Shown here: piece after piece, positions 31,789 to 42,450 of the stretch
Numbering within the stretch: position 1 is the first letter of the stretch
Layout of the letters: the number at the start of each line of letters is the position of its first letter
Assembly: GCA_963796965.1 (NCBI GenBank)
Contig: CAWCNS010000009.1
Span: forward strand, 1-64,000
From: Calditrichia bacterium
GTDB taxonomy: Bacteria; Calditrichota; Calditrichia; JAJRVZ01
DNA: 64,000 nucleotides
Reading direction: 5' to 3'
Notes under the pieces: model-generated
What the model was told of the DNA's origin: nothing
The model's input: only the letters and a program-made list of their open reading frames with translations
Database searches by the model: none
Position numbers and translations under genes: made by a program

Positions 31789-32757
31789 TTAATATCTCCC
31801 GAAGTTTGCTCTTGGGTTAAAATTTAGTTCTTTCATTTCCTCATAAACTTTCCTTGCTTTATCATTGCTTGCTGGTGGTAATACGATATTGATTACGACA
31901 TACATATCACCAGTTATTTTTGCAGGGATACCTTTTCCTTTCACTCGTAATTTTTTGCCCTGTGATGATCCGGCAGGAATTTTCAATTTGATTGTACCGG
32001 TTGGCGTGGGGACATTTACAGAAGAGCCTAAAGCTGCCTCCCAAGGTGCAATCGGTAAATTGAGATAAATATCAGCGCCCTCAAAATTAAAAATTCGGTG
32101 CTTTTCAATCTCAATTTTAATATACATATCACCTGCATCCCCACCATTATAGCCAGGAGCGCCCTGACCAGCCAGCCTGATTTTCTGTCCGTTTTTTATC
32201 CCTTTAGGGATTTTTACATTCAGGCTAACTTTTTTATTCACTATTTGCCCGTCAGATAAGATTGAGGGAATTTCAAATGAGATTAATCTTGTGGCTCCAT
32301 GGTATGTAACTTCCAGAGGAATTGTGATAGAAGCATTCACATCACCTCCTTTTTGCCGGAATACCTGCCTGGTTGACCTTCTTCTACGTTGATCTCCTCC
32401 AAATAAAGATTCAAAAAAGTCACTGTATTGGCCGGCATCACCATAACCTCCACCAAAATCAAATCCAGCATCTGATCCATACTCAGTTCCTCGCGTTTGC
32501 TGATATTGAGACTGGTTCTGTTGTTGCTGTTGTCCGGCCTTCCAATTTGACCCGAACTGGTCATACGCCTTTCGTTTTTCCGGGTCTTTTAATACTTCAT
32601 AAGCTTCAGCAATATCTTTGAACTTTTGTTCGGCATCATCGTCTTTACTCACATCCGGATGATACTTACGAGCCAACTTTCGGTACTCCTTTTTAATTTG
32701 ATCCGCAGTGGCATTTTTTTTTACACCCAAAATCTTATAATAATCTTTAAAATCCAT
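31789..32757 (-). CDS. cbpA: DnaJ class B co-chaperone (CbpA-like)
   Basis: J-domain with [12 protein letters not shown], DnaJ_C with APWEAALG. No zinc finger. Confidence 0.9.
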   Translation of the reverse strand: MDFKDYYKILGVKKNATADQIKKEYRKLARKYHPDVSKDDDAEQKFKDIAEAYEVLKDPEKRKAYDQFGSNWKAGQQQQQNQSQYQQTRGTEYGSDAGFDFGGGYGDAGQYSDFFESLFGGDQRRRRSTRQVFRQKGGDVNASITIPLEVTYHGATRLISFEIPSILSDGQIVNKKVSLNVKIPKGIKNGQKIRLAGQGAPGYNGGDAGDMYIKIEIEKHRIFNFEGADIYLNLPIAPWEAALGSSVNVPTPTGTIKLKIPAGSSQGKKLRVKGKGIPAKITGDMYVVINIVLPPASNDKARKVYEEMKELNFNPRANFGRY

Positions 32758-32798
32758 CAATGATAACCTTTATTTTTTAAAAATTAATTAATCCTTAA

Positions 32799-33338
32799 TC
32801 ATTCAACGGAAACTTCAACCCTCGCTGGTCGTATCAATCGACCGTTCAGCAAATAGCCTTTTTGAAATACACTTGTAACAATATTTGAAATTTCATTTTC
32901 CACTTTTTTAATGGTCATCGCTTCATGAAACTCCGGATTAAAAACTTCTCCCTTTGGATTTAGTTCTTCTACGCCCGCAGCCAGAAAGGCCTCATTACAA
33001 ATTTTAAGTGTGGAGGTCATCCCCTCCAAAAGAGATTCTGTATCGATTTCGTCATCCATATAAGAAATATCTAGTCCTTTTTCTATGCTATCTTTTGCAG
33101 GTAATAGTTTTGATATAAAGTCCTGAATGGCAAACTTCCGTGTATTTTCAATTTCTCGCTCCATTCGTTTTCGCTGATTTTCAATTTCAGCTCTGGCAAG
33201 AAGTAATTGTTCCTGACAATCAATCGATGCAATACGCAGTTCCTCTAATTCTTCCGAAAGTATTTGTGCATCCCATGCTTCATGATTAGACAATTCTTCC
33301 TGATTATGTTCAAGATTATTATCTTCATTTTCTTTCAT
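32799..33338 (-). CDS. grpE: Nucleotide exchange factor GrpE
   Basis: AEIENQRKR, LLPAKDS, FNPEFHEAM, QKGYLLNGRLIRPARV. ATG 33338 has a GAGAGG RBS. Confidence 0.93.
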   Translation of the reverse strand: MKENEDNNLEHNQEELSNHEAWDAQILSEELEELRIASIDCQEQLLLARAEIENQRKRMEREIENTRKFAIQDFISKLLPAKDSIEKGLDISYMDDEIDTESLLEGMTSTLKICNEAFLAAGVEELNPKGEVFNPEFHEAMTIKKVENEISNIVTSVFQKGYLLNGRLIRPARVEVSVE

Positions 33339-33377
33339 GTTGTCGTGCCTCTCTATCAAAACTAATTGAAATTATAC

Positions 33378-33609
33378 AACTTAGAACCATGAACAACAAC
33401 TGCTCTTTTTGGGGTTTCTTATAAGATTTATCATTTTGTAAATTTTATCCCCAGGAGGAATTTTTGTTTATCAATTTGAGAAAATAGCAGACCTATATAA
33501 GCCAATCTAATATCAGCCGTATACTTTTTAAAGATCGTGTAAAGTGTTGTATTTAATTAATGTGTCTATTAATATTTAATAAAAAATTCCGAAAGGTTTT
33601 GACGACCTA
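33378..33609 (+). repeat. Diverged direct repeat, copy 2, with enhancer palindrome pair
   Basis: Homologous to 30085-30341. TTATCA-TTT-TGTAAA at 33428-42 and TTATCA-ATT-TGAGAA at 33468-82. Confidence 0.8.
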
Positions 33610-34155
33610 TATCCATTTGAGGATTTAGTTTTTATGAGACTGAAAGTATTATCATAGATTGTAATGCAATATAAGCACATGCCCTACATAATATAAATAA
33701 AATATTGGTTAAACGACCAACTGAATTTTGCACCACCCATTCAGCTAATAGTAAACCCAGACAGATAAATGGGTAGTAGCATACTTCTCCACCAGAGGTC
33801 GGTTACATCTGGAATTTACAAATTAGTTGGATTGATTCAAGGAATATCGGAGAAATGGTGAAAATGAAAAATAGATGGATATCTATCGTATGAGCGTAAA
33901 AGATTGTGCCATTTACCTCGAAGAATGGCCGGTGAGCAGGAAAAACCAAATCCTGAGGGTAGACAAGGGACAACTATCTGCTTGAGGATTATCAGTATCA
34001 GGACAGGGACAATGGGCGATGTCTTTGTCTGGACCGGTCTTGAATCAATACGGATGAATGCTGAGCCTCATAAATATCAAGCAGTTAAGTGCTATAAGAT
34101 CCATAAGCTATGTTGCGAAATCCACATTGCTGTCATATCCCGATCTTACAGTTTC

Positions 34156-34394
34156 TTATGTTGTTTCATCCGTACCGTCTGCATCGGAAGGGTCTTTTTT
34201 TACATTATTCGGAATAGAAAGGCGCACACGGGTTGCACGATTCCCCATTACTTCAACTACTTCCGCTTTAATTCCGCCAGTCGGCTGGCGCGTACCTTAA
34301 CAATAGCGAATTCTGCTGCAACGAAAAAACCATTTAACAGGACAAAGATTCCCGCTAAGAGTATATTAATACTATCCAATATATAAATTGACAT
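34156..34394 (-). pseudogene. Internally deleted CNNM/hemolysin-family (DUF21...CorC) gene
   Basis: MSIYILDSINILLAGIFVLLNGFFVAAEFAIVKVRASRLAEL joined out of frame to AEVVEVMGNRATRVRLSIP..TDETT*. Confidence 0.8.
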
Positions 34395-34639
34395 TTTAAG
34401 GACACTCGTATTGTTTTATTATAAATTTATTTAGCGCCTAAGTTTAAAGATTATTAAGCCTGTTACCAATTTATAAATAACTGAATACGCATCTATATAC
34501 AAAGAATGGCCACATATTAATTCACAGAGAATCGTACTGCTTCGTTGCACGTGAAAAAATAAATCGGGGGAAAAATAAGGAATTGAAAGAGTTGGGTAAC
34601 ATTAAATAAATGTAGATCCAAAAAGAAGATGCGATCTGG

Positions 34640-35788
34640 TTATTTCAATATAGCGCGAAGAAGTATTAGAAACTCCTTTCCATCATTTTCTACGAGGACC
34701 TTATTCTTTTGTGCTTTCTCAAAATCTGGATTAATCTCCAGCGCTTTTCTGAATTCACCCAGGGCCTGCAAAAATAGGTTGCGACATTGGATGAGGTGAA
34801 TAACACCCAAATTATTCCAGATATCCGCATAGTCAGCATTATCCTTTAATGATGATTTCAGACGCTGTTCATAACGGGTTATCGTATCATTATCAAGTCC
34901 CTTACCGCCATACATAAACTTTAAGTAGAAATTTGTAGAGATAAGACTGGATATATCTCTGGGGAACAATTTCTTACGATATTCATCTAAAATTTTTACA
35001 GCCGGTTCAATTTCGCCATTATCTATATAACGCAATAGTTTTTCATAAATATTATCAAATACCTTAATTTTACTTTCATGAATTTTACCTAGATGTTCGA
35101 TCGCACGTTGGATTCTGATTGAAGGTGGGGGAAGGATTTCACCGGTTTTATCTGAGATAATACTTTTCAGGTAAAGCAAAGCCAAATTATAATGTGCTTC
35201 GGTAAATTTTTTGTTGAGTTTAAGGGCTTTTTGGATAGCTGCGATGGCCGCTTTATATTTTTCTTCTAAGATAAGGGCCTGGCCATAGTTATTTAAAAGA
35301 TCTGTAAAATTGGTACCACGTTGAACAGCTGAGGCATAAATCTGACAGGCCTTTTTATTATCACCAATTTGAATATAAGTAAGCCCCAGATTGTTGTAGG
35401 CTTCCATAAAGTTTGGATCATTTTGAATTGCTATTTTAAAATGGTTAATGGCATCTTCGATGAGATTGTTTTGTAAAAAGATTAAGCCAATTTTTGTATT
35501 AGATGGGGCATGACCAAGCTTTTTTAATTTTTCACCGATCGTAAAGAGAAGTTCAACCTCTGACATCATTTCCTGATGCAACGTTTCGACGACGTTTTTC
35601 AAACGGGTGTCCACAGAATGTTTTTGCGATCTATTCCTTCTTTCGAATTCCATTTCCGTCGAAGATAAGACTTGTCCGTTCTCAAACACTTCACAGCGAA
35701 TATTTCCTATTCCGGTACTGCTGGCAGTTTGGATATGAAACGTTCTTCCTGCGATTTCTACGTTATCGTTAAAACCTATATCGGCCAT
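34640..35788 (-). CDS. Tetratricopeptide repeat protein
   Basis: EAYNNLG, EAHYNLA, ADIWNNLG..ALEINPDF repeats. Confidence 0.85.
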   Translation of the reverse strand: MADIGFNDNVEIAGRTFHIQTASSTGIGNIRCEVFENGQVLSSTEMEFERRNRSQKHSVDTRLKNVVETLHQEMMSEVELLFTIGEKLKKLGHAPSNTKIGLIFLQNNLIEDAINHFKIAIQNDPNFMEAYNNLGLTYIQIGDNKKACQIYASAVQRGTNFTDLLNNYGQALILEEKYKAAIAAIQKALKLNKKFTEAHYNLALLYLKSIISDKTGEILPPPSIRIQRAIEHLGKIHESKIKVFDNIYEKLLRYIDNGEIEPAVKILDEYRKKLFPRDISSLISTNFYLKFMYGGKGLDNDTITRYEQRLKSSLKDNADYADIWNNLGVIHLIQCRNLFLQALGEFRKALEINPDFEKAQKNKVLVENDGKEFLILLRAILK

Positions 35789-36233
35789 AATTATATCCTT
35801 TAAAATCCTGCTAAATTCTCAGATTGCTGCACTTTTAAACCACGAAGGAAGTGGTATCGTACTTCAGGTCTGGTGGTCTCTGACCGTTCATATTACAAAA
35901 AAAATCTAACCACGGAATTTCACCGAAAAACACACAGATTTATATACTTATATAATCAAATTGGAAAAACCCAAAATATTGATATTAAGTATCCTAATTT
36001 TAATCGTCTGTGTTCTCCTGGCCTGCCCCGTCTCACAGGGGTAATGCCGCGGATATATATTTTCATAAGAACGGCTTAATAGTTGTCGATCTCCTGAAGG
36101 GTGAGTTCATGGTTCTAAATGCAAATTAAAATATCCACAAAGAAAATATATTGATGCTAATCACTAAATCACTGTCAGATTTTCTATGACTCTATAGTAA
36201 TTATCGGCAATGCATCGTGAAAGGTTTAGCTTT

Positions 36234-37836
36234 TTACTTCTGTTTGTTATAAATTTGAATCTGATTTCTTCCTAAATGTTTTGCCTGGTATAAAGTCTTC
36301 ATCTGCCTTTTGAATAAGTCCATGAATTTCACTGGCATCATCAGGATAAGTTGCCCCCCCTAAACTGATTGTAAGATTTCCAATGGGCTGAACTTTTTCC
36401 TTATAAAATTTATGTGCTTCAATTTTCAAACGAATTCGTTCACCTAAATTCATATTCTCTTCTTTGCCAATTCCCGGAAAAATAACACAAAACTCTTCCC
36501 CACCATACCGCGAGACTATATCTTCATCACGTACAGTTTTTCTTAATACCTTTCCAACTTCACGTAAAGCCTCATCTCCTGCCTGGTGCCCCAGCGTATC
36601 ATTATAATTTTTAAAATGATCAATATCCAGAATTACCAAAGATATTTTAGATTGATTTCTTTTGGCCCGGTTTACTTCTTCTTTTAAGCGAGATATAAAA
36701 GAACGATAATTATGAAGTTTTGTCATCTCATCAGTTAAGGATAAATTTTTTATCTCCTCATAATGCTGGGCATTCTCAATTGAGATTGAAATAATGTTAA
36801 CCAGAACATGAAACAATTCGAAATCAGTACGGCTAAAATCACTTGAATAATGCTTTTCCCTTGTTGCAATAATTCCTTGTACTCTCTCAGAAAAAATAAT
36901 CGGAGCAATAATAAATATATCTAATTCTTCTAATTTCTGGACATAGGATTCAAAATCGGGCCTTTTTGCCAATTCCTTTACATAAACAGGTGTATTTTGT
37001 TTGGTAAAGTATTTGACCAGCGGTGAGTCAACTTTAAATTTTAGTTTTTGTACTTCCTTGGGTTTAAAACCCTTCTGAAAGCTTAGTGAATAGGATCTTT
37101 TTGACTGGTCGTACATCAAAACCAGAGCACTCTGAACGCCAACCTGGCCAATCACTGTTAAAAGAGCAGAATTAATAAGTTGCCGGAAATTGAGTATTGA
37201 ATATATATCGTTACTTGCTTCAACCAGATTATGTAAATCATACACCTTTCTTTTTACAGCCTTCTCAGCAATTTGCAAGGCATTTTCTTTTTCAATCAGG
37301 GTTCGTTTTACCCTGTCAACTTCCTGCTTCATCTCATTTTTTTCACCCCATGTATTATAGGAAGTTATTAAATGAGAGAGTAACGAGCAGAATAACTGAC
37401 CGTAGGCATCAGCCCATTTAGACCCGGAAATCTCAAGAAGACAATGAATCTTCTGATCTAATGTAAAGGTAATAAAAGCTGCCTTATCCTCGATGATAGT
37501 GGGGGAAAGTGAAGCAAGAGTCCTCAGATTTATACCCTCTTTAAAGAGCATATCCATATGTTGCATTAAAGTTGAAGCATACGTCGAGTTTAAAAAATCA
37601 ACATCCCAGTTTTTAAGATCATTGGTAAGATTAAATTGAAGATCCGGATCAATTTGGTTCTCCAGTTTTGAACAAATACTTTTAATTTGATCAGGAAGGT
37701 AAAATTCATCCTTGATCTGATCAGGATCAAGCTGAAAGGCCTTATTGATTAACTCAAAATCCCGTGCAAGATGTTTACCATTTGCAAACAGATTCTTTAA
37801 ATTAAATCCTATTAACCTTGAGAATGATTTCATCAT
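36234..37836 (-). CDS. GAF-GGDEF diguanylate cyclase
   Basis: DEMTKLHN, LDIDHFKNYND..GH..GD, RDED I-site plus RYGGEEF. An indel near 36295 hides LYQAKHLGRNQ; corrected stop at 36234. Start uncertain. Confidence 0.9.
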
Positions 37837-38419
37837 TAAGATGTATTGTCCCTGTTGTAATTGAACAAACCTGGCTCACTGTTAAAGTCAATAAATATGA
37901 GGTTCCCTGGACCGGACAATTTTTTATTGTTCTTTTAGAGGTGTTCAATAATCATCAATCATGAAGTAATACATAAATCCTTCATGAGGACAAGTATAAA
38001 ACCTGAGATATTCCGGGAATGTGATGGCAACCACTTAGAATGTAAAAAATTAAGGAACTATATGAAAATCTAATTGCTTTTCGGGGAAATATCCAATTTG
38101 TCTCCCATTTAGACAAATTTTAATTTAGCACCCTCCCAAAAATCATAATTGTAATTTATGAATTGTCTATGACTATAGCCAATGGAAAAAGATGAAATAA
38201 CTAAAATAATTATGAAAGATAATTGTAAAATATATATTAATTCTTTTCTTTTATTCAGTAAATGTCCATGGTAAAAATGTGTTTTCACACAGCCTCTTAA
38301 TCAAAAGGCTAGTACTGCACGAGGGTCATAGCACTTAAATTTATATATTGAAATTTTTGCTCCTGGTCAGTAGGATTGACTTATAATATTTAAACCTAAT
38401 GGGTATTAAAGATTCGGGA

Positions 38420-39706
38420 TTACCTACTACTCAAATGAAATTCTATATTCGATTGGAATATCTTCTTTAACTGCGCAATCCATTTTTTGTATTCAGTTTC
38501 CATCTTATAATTCATCGTCATATTTTTTATTTCCTCCCAGTCTTTATCTAAAGAGGCGGCACGTGGCATGTTATGCATATTAAGTCTTACAATATGATAC
38601 CCATAAGAAGTTTTGAAAGGATGGCTTATTTCACCAATTTCCATATCACTTACTACACCCTTAATTTCAGGAATGGCTAACTTATCTACTTCCCATGTAC
38701 CTAAATGGCCTTTATCATTTACAACATTTTCATCCTCAGAAAATTCTGCAGCCATTTCTTCAAAACCTTCGCCATCAAGAATTCTTTGTCTTATTTCTTC
38801 CAACTCATTAGCAACACGTTTCTCATCCTCTTCGGTGGGTTTCAGTTGAATCAAAATATGTGCGCTGTGAACCTTCTCACCTCTCTTTTCAATCAACTTT
38901 ATAATATGGTAACCAAACTGTGTCTGGACGATATCAGAGACCTGACCTGGCTCGAGATTAAAGGCAACTTCTTCAAATTCTTTAACCAGATCTCCACGAT
39001 TGATAAAACCAAGATCTCCTCCACGGGGAGCTGTAGCAGGATCCTGTGAATATTCTTTGGCTAACTCACCAAAGTCGGCACCATTTTCTATTTTTAGTTT
39101 TATCTCAACTATTTTCTCCTGGGCTGCTTCTGCACTTGATCCACCAGGTTTAATTGGTTTTAATATATGGCTTATATCAACTGTTTCTGTTATACCAGGC
39201 AGACTGTCTTTATATGTATTATAAAAAAGTTCCACCTCCCGACGGGAGACTTTAATATCCTGAAACTTTTTTCTACGGAGCTGCTCAATCTTTAACCGAT
39301 TCTCGGTTTCAGATCTCAAATCTCGACGGATTTTTTTTATGGGTGCAGCAAAAGCCGCTTCAAGCTGAGCCTCTGAGCCAACACGATCTATCATATTACG
39401 CAACTGTTCTTCAAGATATCGATCAACCTCCCGCTCTGCGGCCACTATCGTATCTTCATCTGCTTTTGTTAGTAATATCTTTTGTTCGATAAGCTTGTCG
39501 AGTACATCACGTTTCAGTTTATTAAACAACTCTGGATTAGAAGCAATGTTTATTTTATTCTGAATAACATAACTCTGCACATATTGTTCAACTTCAGATT
39601 TCAATATTATTTCTTGTCCGACTATTGCAGCAACACCATCAACCATTTGTTGTGCCTGGGCCAGCCCAAGAAAAAAACTTAGAGCAAGTAATATTTTTAT
39701 CTTCAT
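38420..39706 (-). CDS. surA: SurA-like peptidyl-prolyl isomerase
   Basis: Signal peptide, VDGVAAIVG..ILKSEV, two parvulin domains (SHIL..FGELAKEYSQD..GGDLG..TQFGYHII). Confidence 0.85.
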   Translation of the reverse strand: MKIKILLALSFFLGLAQAQQMVDGVAAIVGQEIILKSEVEQYVQSYVIQNKINIASNPELFNKLKRDVLDKLIEQKILLTKADEDTIVAAEREVDRYLEEQLRNMIDRVGSEAQLEAAFAAPIKKIRRDLRSETENRLKIEQLRRKKFQDIKVSRREVELFYNTYKDSLPGITETVDISHILKPIKPGGSSAEAAQEKIVEIKLKIENGADFGELAKEYSQDPATAPRGGDLGFINRGDLVKEFEEVAFNLEPGQVSDIVQTQFGYHIIKLIEKRGEKVHSAHILIQLKPTEEDEKRVANELEEIRQRILDGEGFEEMAAEFSEDENVVNDKGHLGTWEVDKLAIPEIKGVVSDMEIGEISHPFKTSYGYHIVRLNMHNMPRAASLDKDWEEIKNMTMNYKMETEYKKWIAQLKKIFQSNIEFHLSSR

Positions 39707-39820
39707 GTTTTCTCTCAATTTTTCTTAAATATATTTTTACATATAATCTTGGCGGAACGCATGGCATGAAATACTGTATCGCTATGCTCTACCGAAAAGC
39801 GCTATGTAGTTAATTGATCA

Positions 39821-40609
39821 TTACTCCGCTACTTTTGATAAATCAGTTTGTATGGTAAAACGCGATCGTAATGTGTGTTTAAGTTTCTCAATTTCTTCGT
39901 TTCGTTTTGTTAGTTGTAATCTTGCAACTATCTCATTTCGAACAACATCTAATTCTTTGATCCTTCCCTTTTTTTGATTATCAAGTAATTGAACATAATG
40001 ATAGCCATATTTTGTTTTAACCGACCCGGAAATATTTCCGGTTTTCATGTTCTTTAACCTTCTAACGATCTCCGCCGGAAATTCGTTCAATTTTTGATAT
40101 CTCAAATCACCAATTGGTCTTTCAGGTGTTGATTGTTGATCAAGAAAATTCTTTTTAATAACATCCATCAGGTTTTTACTATTTCTCACTTCTGATTTTA
40201 TCGCTGCATCATCATTTTCCATCACCAGATGTATGATATGAACGTAGTCATCATCCCAAATAAATTCGTTTTTGTGTTTGTCATAATAATCTTCAATCTC
40301 CTGATCGAGGATTCGATATTGATCTTTTAGACGACTTTCAAGAAACTTTTGAATGAGAAGGCTTCGTTCATAGCTTTTAATCATAAACTTTTCTCTTTCA
40401 TTCAGAGAAAGTCCTTCTTCTAAAGCAACCTGACTAAAGATTTCATTTTCAATCCACTTGTCGATCAAATTACGTTTAAGAGCCGATTTTACCTCATCAG
40501 ATGTTCCATCCGGAATTGAGGCTTCCAGTTCAGAATTACTTAATGTAGCCTTATTGACCTGGGCCACAATATTTCCTTTTTCATCAGTCGTTTTGGAACA
40601 ACTCATCAT
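39821..40609 (-). CDS. PpiC-type PPIase-like lipoprotein
   Basis: Upstream in-frame FIILLAISLAGLMMSC lipobox (true start probably near 40703), IVAQVN, TKYGYHYV. Confidence 0.75.
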   Translation of the reverse strand: MMSCSKTTDEKGNIVAQVNKATLSNSELEASIPDGTSDEVKSALKRNLIDKWIENEIFSQVALEEGLSLNEREKFMIKSYERSLLIQKFLESRLKDQYRILDQEIEDYYDKHKNEFIWDDDYVHIIHLVMENDDAAIKSEVRNSKNLMDVIKKNFLDQQSTPERPIGDLRYQKLNEFPAEIVRRLKNMKTGNISGSVKTKYGYHYVQLLDNQKKGRIKELDVVRNEIVARLQLTKRNEEIEKLKHTLRSRFTIQTDLSKVAE

Positions 40610-40689
40610 TAAACCCGCAAGCGATATGGCCAGGAGAATAATAAAAACAGTCGAAACGCCTACTTTAGGATTGTGGTTATTTTTCTTTT

Positions 40690-42401
40690 TTAAATGCTTT
40701 CAAGTTTCTTTTCATTGATTATTACTTCATATTTTTCTTTAAGTTCATTTTCCCAGGCAATATTTGCTTCCTTAATCTTTTCACTCTTTGCCATGCTCTG
40801 GACTCGTTTTTTAATTTGATCAAAGGGCTGTATTGATCTTTCGTGCTTACCACCCGTCTTAAGTACCGACCAAAATCGACCATATTTAACAGGACCGCCT
40901 ATTTTTCCACCCGCTCCAAGATTGAATGCTTCCATTGATATCGAGCCACGTGCCGATTTGCCCTTATACCCCAAATAGCCACCTTTAGATTTTAAACGCT
41001 TGTCCTCTGAATACTTCTTAGCGAGATTCTCAAAATTCTGTCCTTGTTTTGCTTTGTTTAAAACTTGATTCGCCGTTTTTTCATCTTTCAGATCTATAAC
41101 CCAGATTTCAATTTCTTCCGGTTTTTCGAATTTTGACTTATTTGATTCATAGTATGCTGCAACTTCTTTCTCACTTGCTACAACATTGGCTTGTACAGAC
41201 TTTTTTTGCACTTCTTTTTCGATATAACTTTCAGTGAAATTGGTTAATGATTTAACAATTTTAGGATCGTCAAGAATACCCAAATTATCTGCAGCCTCCC
41301 GAACCTGACCATCCATGGACATTCGTTTAATTTCCTTTTTCAGAACTGCTGCATCACGAAAACTTCCTAACATTTGCGGAAGCTCGTTTATCATACTTGT
41401 CGATAAAAGTTTGTAAAGAAATACTTTCATCATCCCATTCAGCGAATGTTATCTTTCGCAGTTCAGGTGTATACACATCATCAGTAAGAGGTCTGTCTTT
41501 AATTATAGCCTTTAAAGTATCTGCAAACAAATTAATCTGATCTTCATAAATCTGATAATTATTGTCTGCGCATAATTGTTTATAATGTTCATCCCAAAGA
41601 ACTCTGACAGAATCCCCAAATGATCGTATAATTGTTTGTTTGGCCCGACCCAGAGCTTGTTCACTTCTATCTTCCACGTAATTTGCTACAGGTCTGCGAT
41701 CTTCTAAAAGAATAATATGATAACCAAATCGTGTTTTTACAGGTTCAGAAATTTCTCCAATTTGCATATCCCAGGCCGCCTCCTGAAACGGACCAACCAT
41801 TCTCCCCCATGAGAAGTATCCTAACCCGCCTTTATTCTTTTTTACACTGGGATCATCACTGTATTTTTCAGCAAGATTAATAAAATCTTTTCCTTCGTTT
41901 AATTGCTTTTTTACATCAATTGCTATTTTTTCAGCTTCTTCCAGAGTACGGTCAATAACCCGCGGTGACTTTTCATAGCCAATCAAGATATGGCTGGCTT
42001 TAATTTCCGTAGACATTCGGGAGATATAATCTTCAACCATTTCATTGCTAACAAGTTTATCAACGACTACCTTCTCAAAATACATATTGCCAACAAGCCG
42101 CATTTGGTATTGCTCATATTTTGATTTAAAAAGCTTTTTCTTTATCCAGTTCCAGATCATAGGCAGCATTAATTCGAAGCTTTTTTGCAATCAGGGGTTC
42201 GATAAGATCTTTTTTTATAGATAAATCCACATCCGAAAAATCTGTTTGCTTGGGATATTTCTTTTTTAAGATTGATAATATTTCAGATTTTTTTATCGAA
42301 AGCGAACCAACATCAACTATGGTTTCATCTTCTGTACCACATTGCCAGGCAAATATAAGAACTGTTATCATTACAAGCATGATACGTAAGTGTTTCAGCA
42401 T
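40690..42401 (-). CDS. PrsA/PpiC-type foldase with two rotamase domains (frameshifted)
   Basis: Three overlapping ORFs. ASHILI..LAEKYSDD..GGLGYF..TRFGYHII and FENLAKKYSED..GGYLG. Confidence 0.85.
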
Positions 42402-42450
42402 TTTTTCTAACCTCCGGATTATTTTGGAAATAACCTATAAATATAAATTT

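Noticed and set aside
33345..33350. sigma54 promoter for grpE
   Set aside because: GGCAC is present but there is no -12 TTG box, and it overlaps the RBS region.
33730..33781. Hairpin (ACCCATT...AATGGGT) as a riboswitch or ncRNA
   Set aside because: No recognisable family consensus and no intact gene directly downstream.
33904..34386. 160-aa plus-strand ORF
   Set aside because: No recognisable motifs. Its 3' half is the antisense of the CNNM remnant.
37837..38300. N-terminal membrane extension of the diguanylate cyclase
   Set aside because: A hydrophobic stretch exists, but stops occur in the frames I checked and I could not build a supported reading frame.
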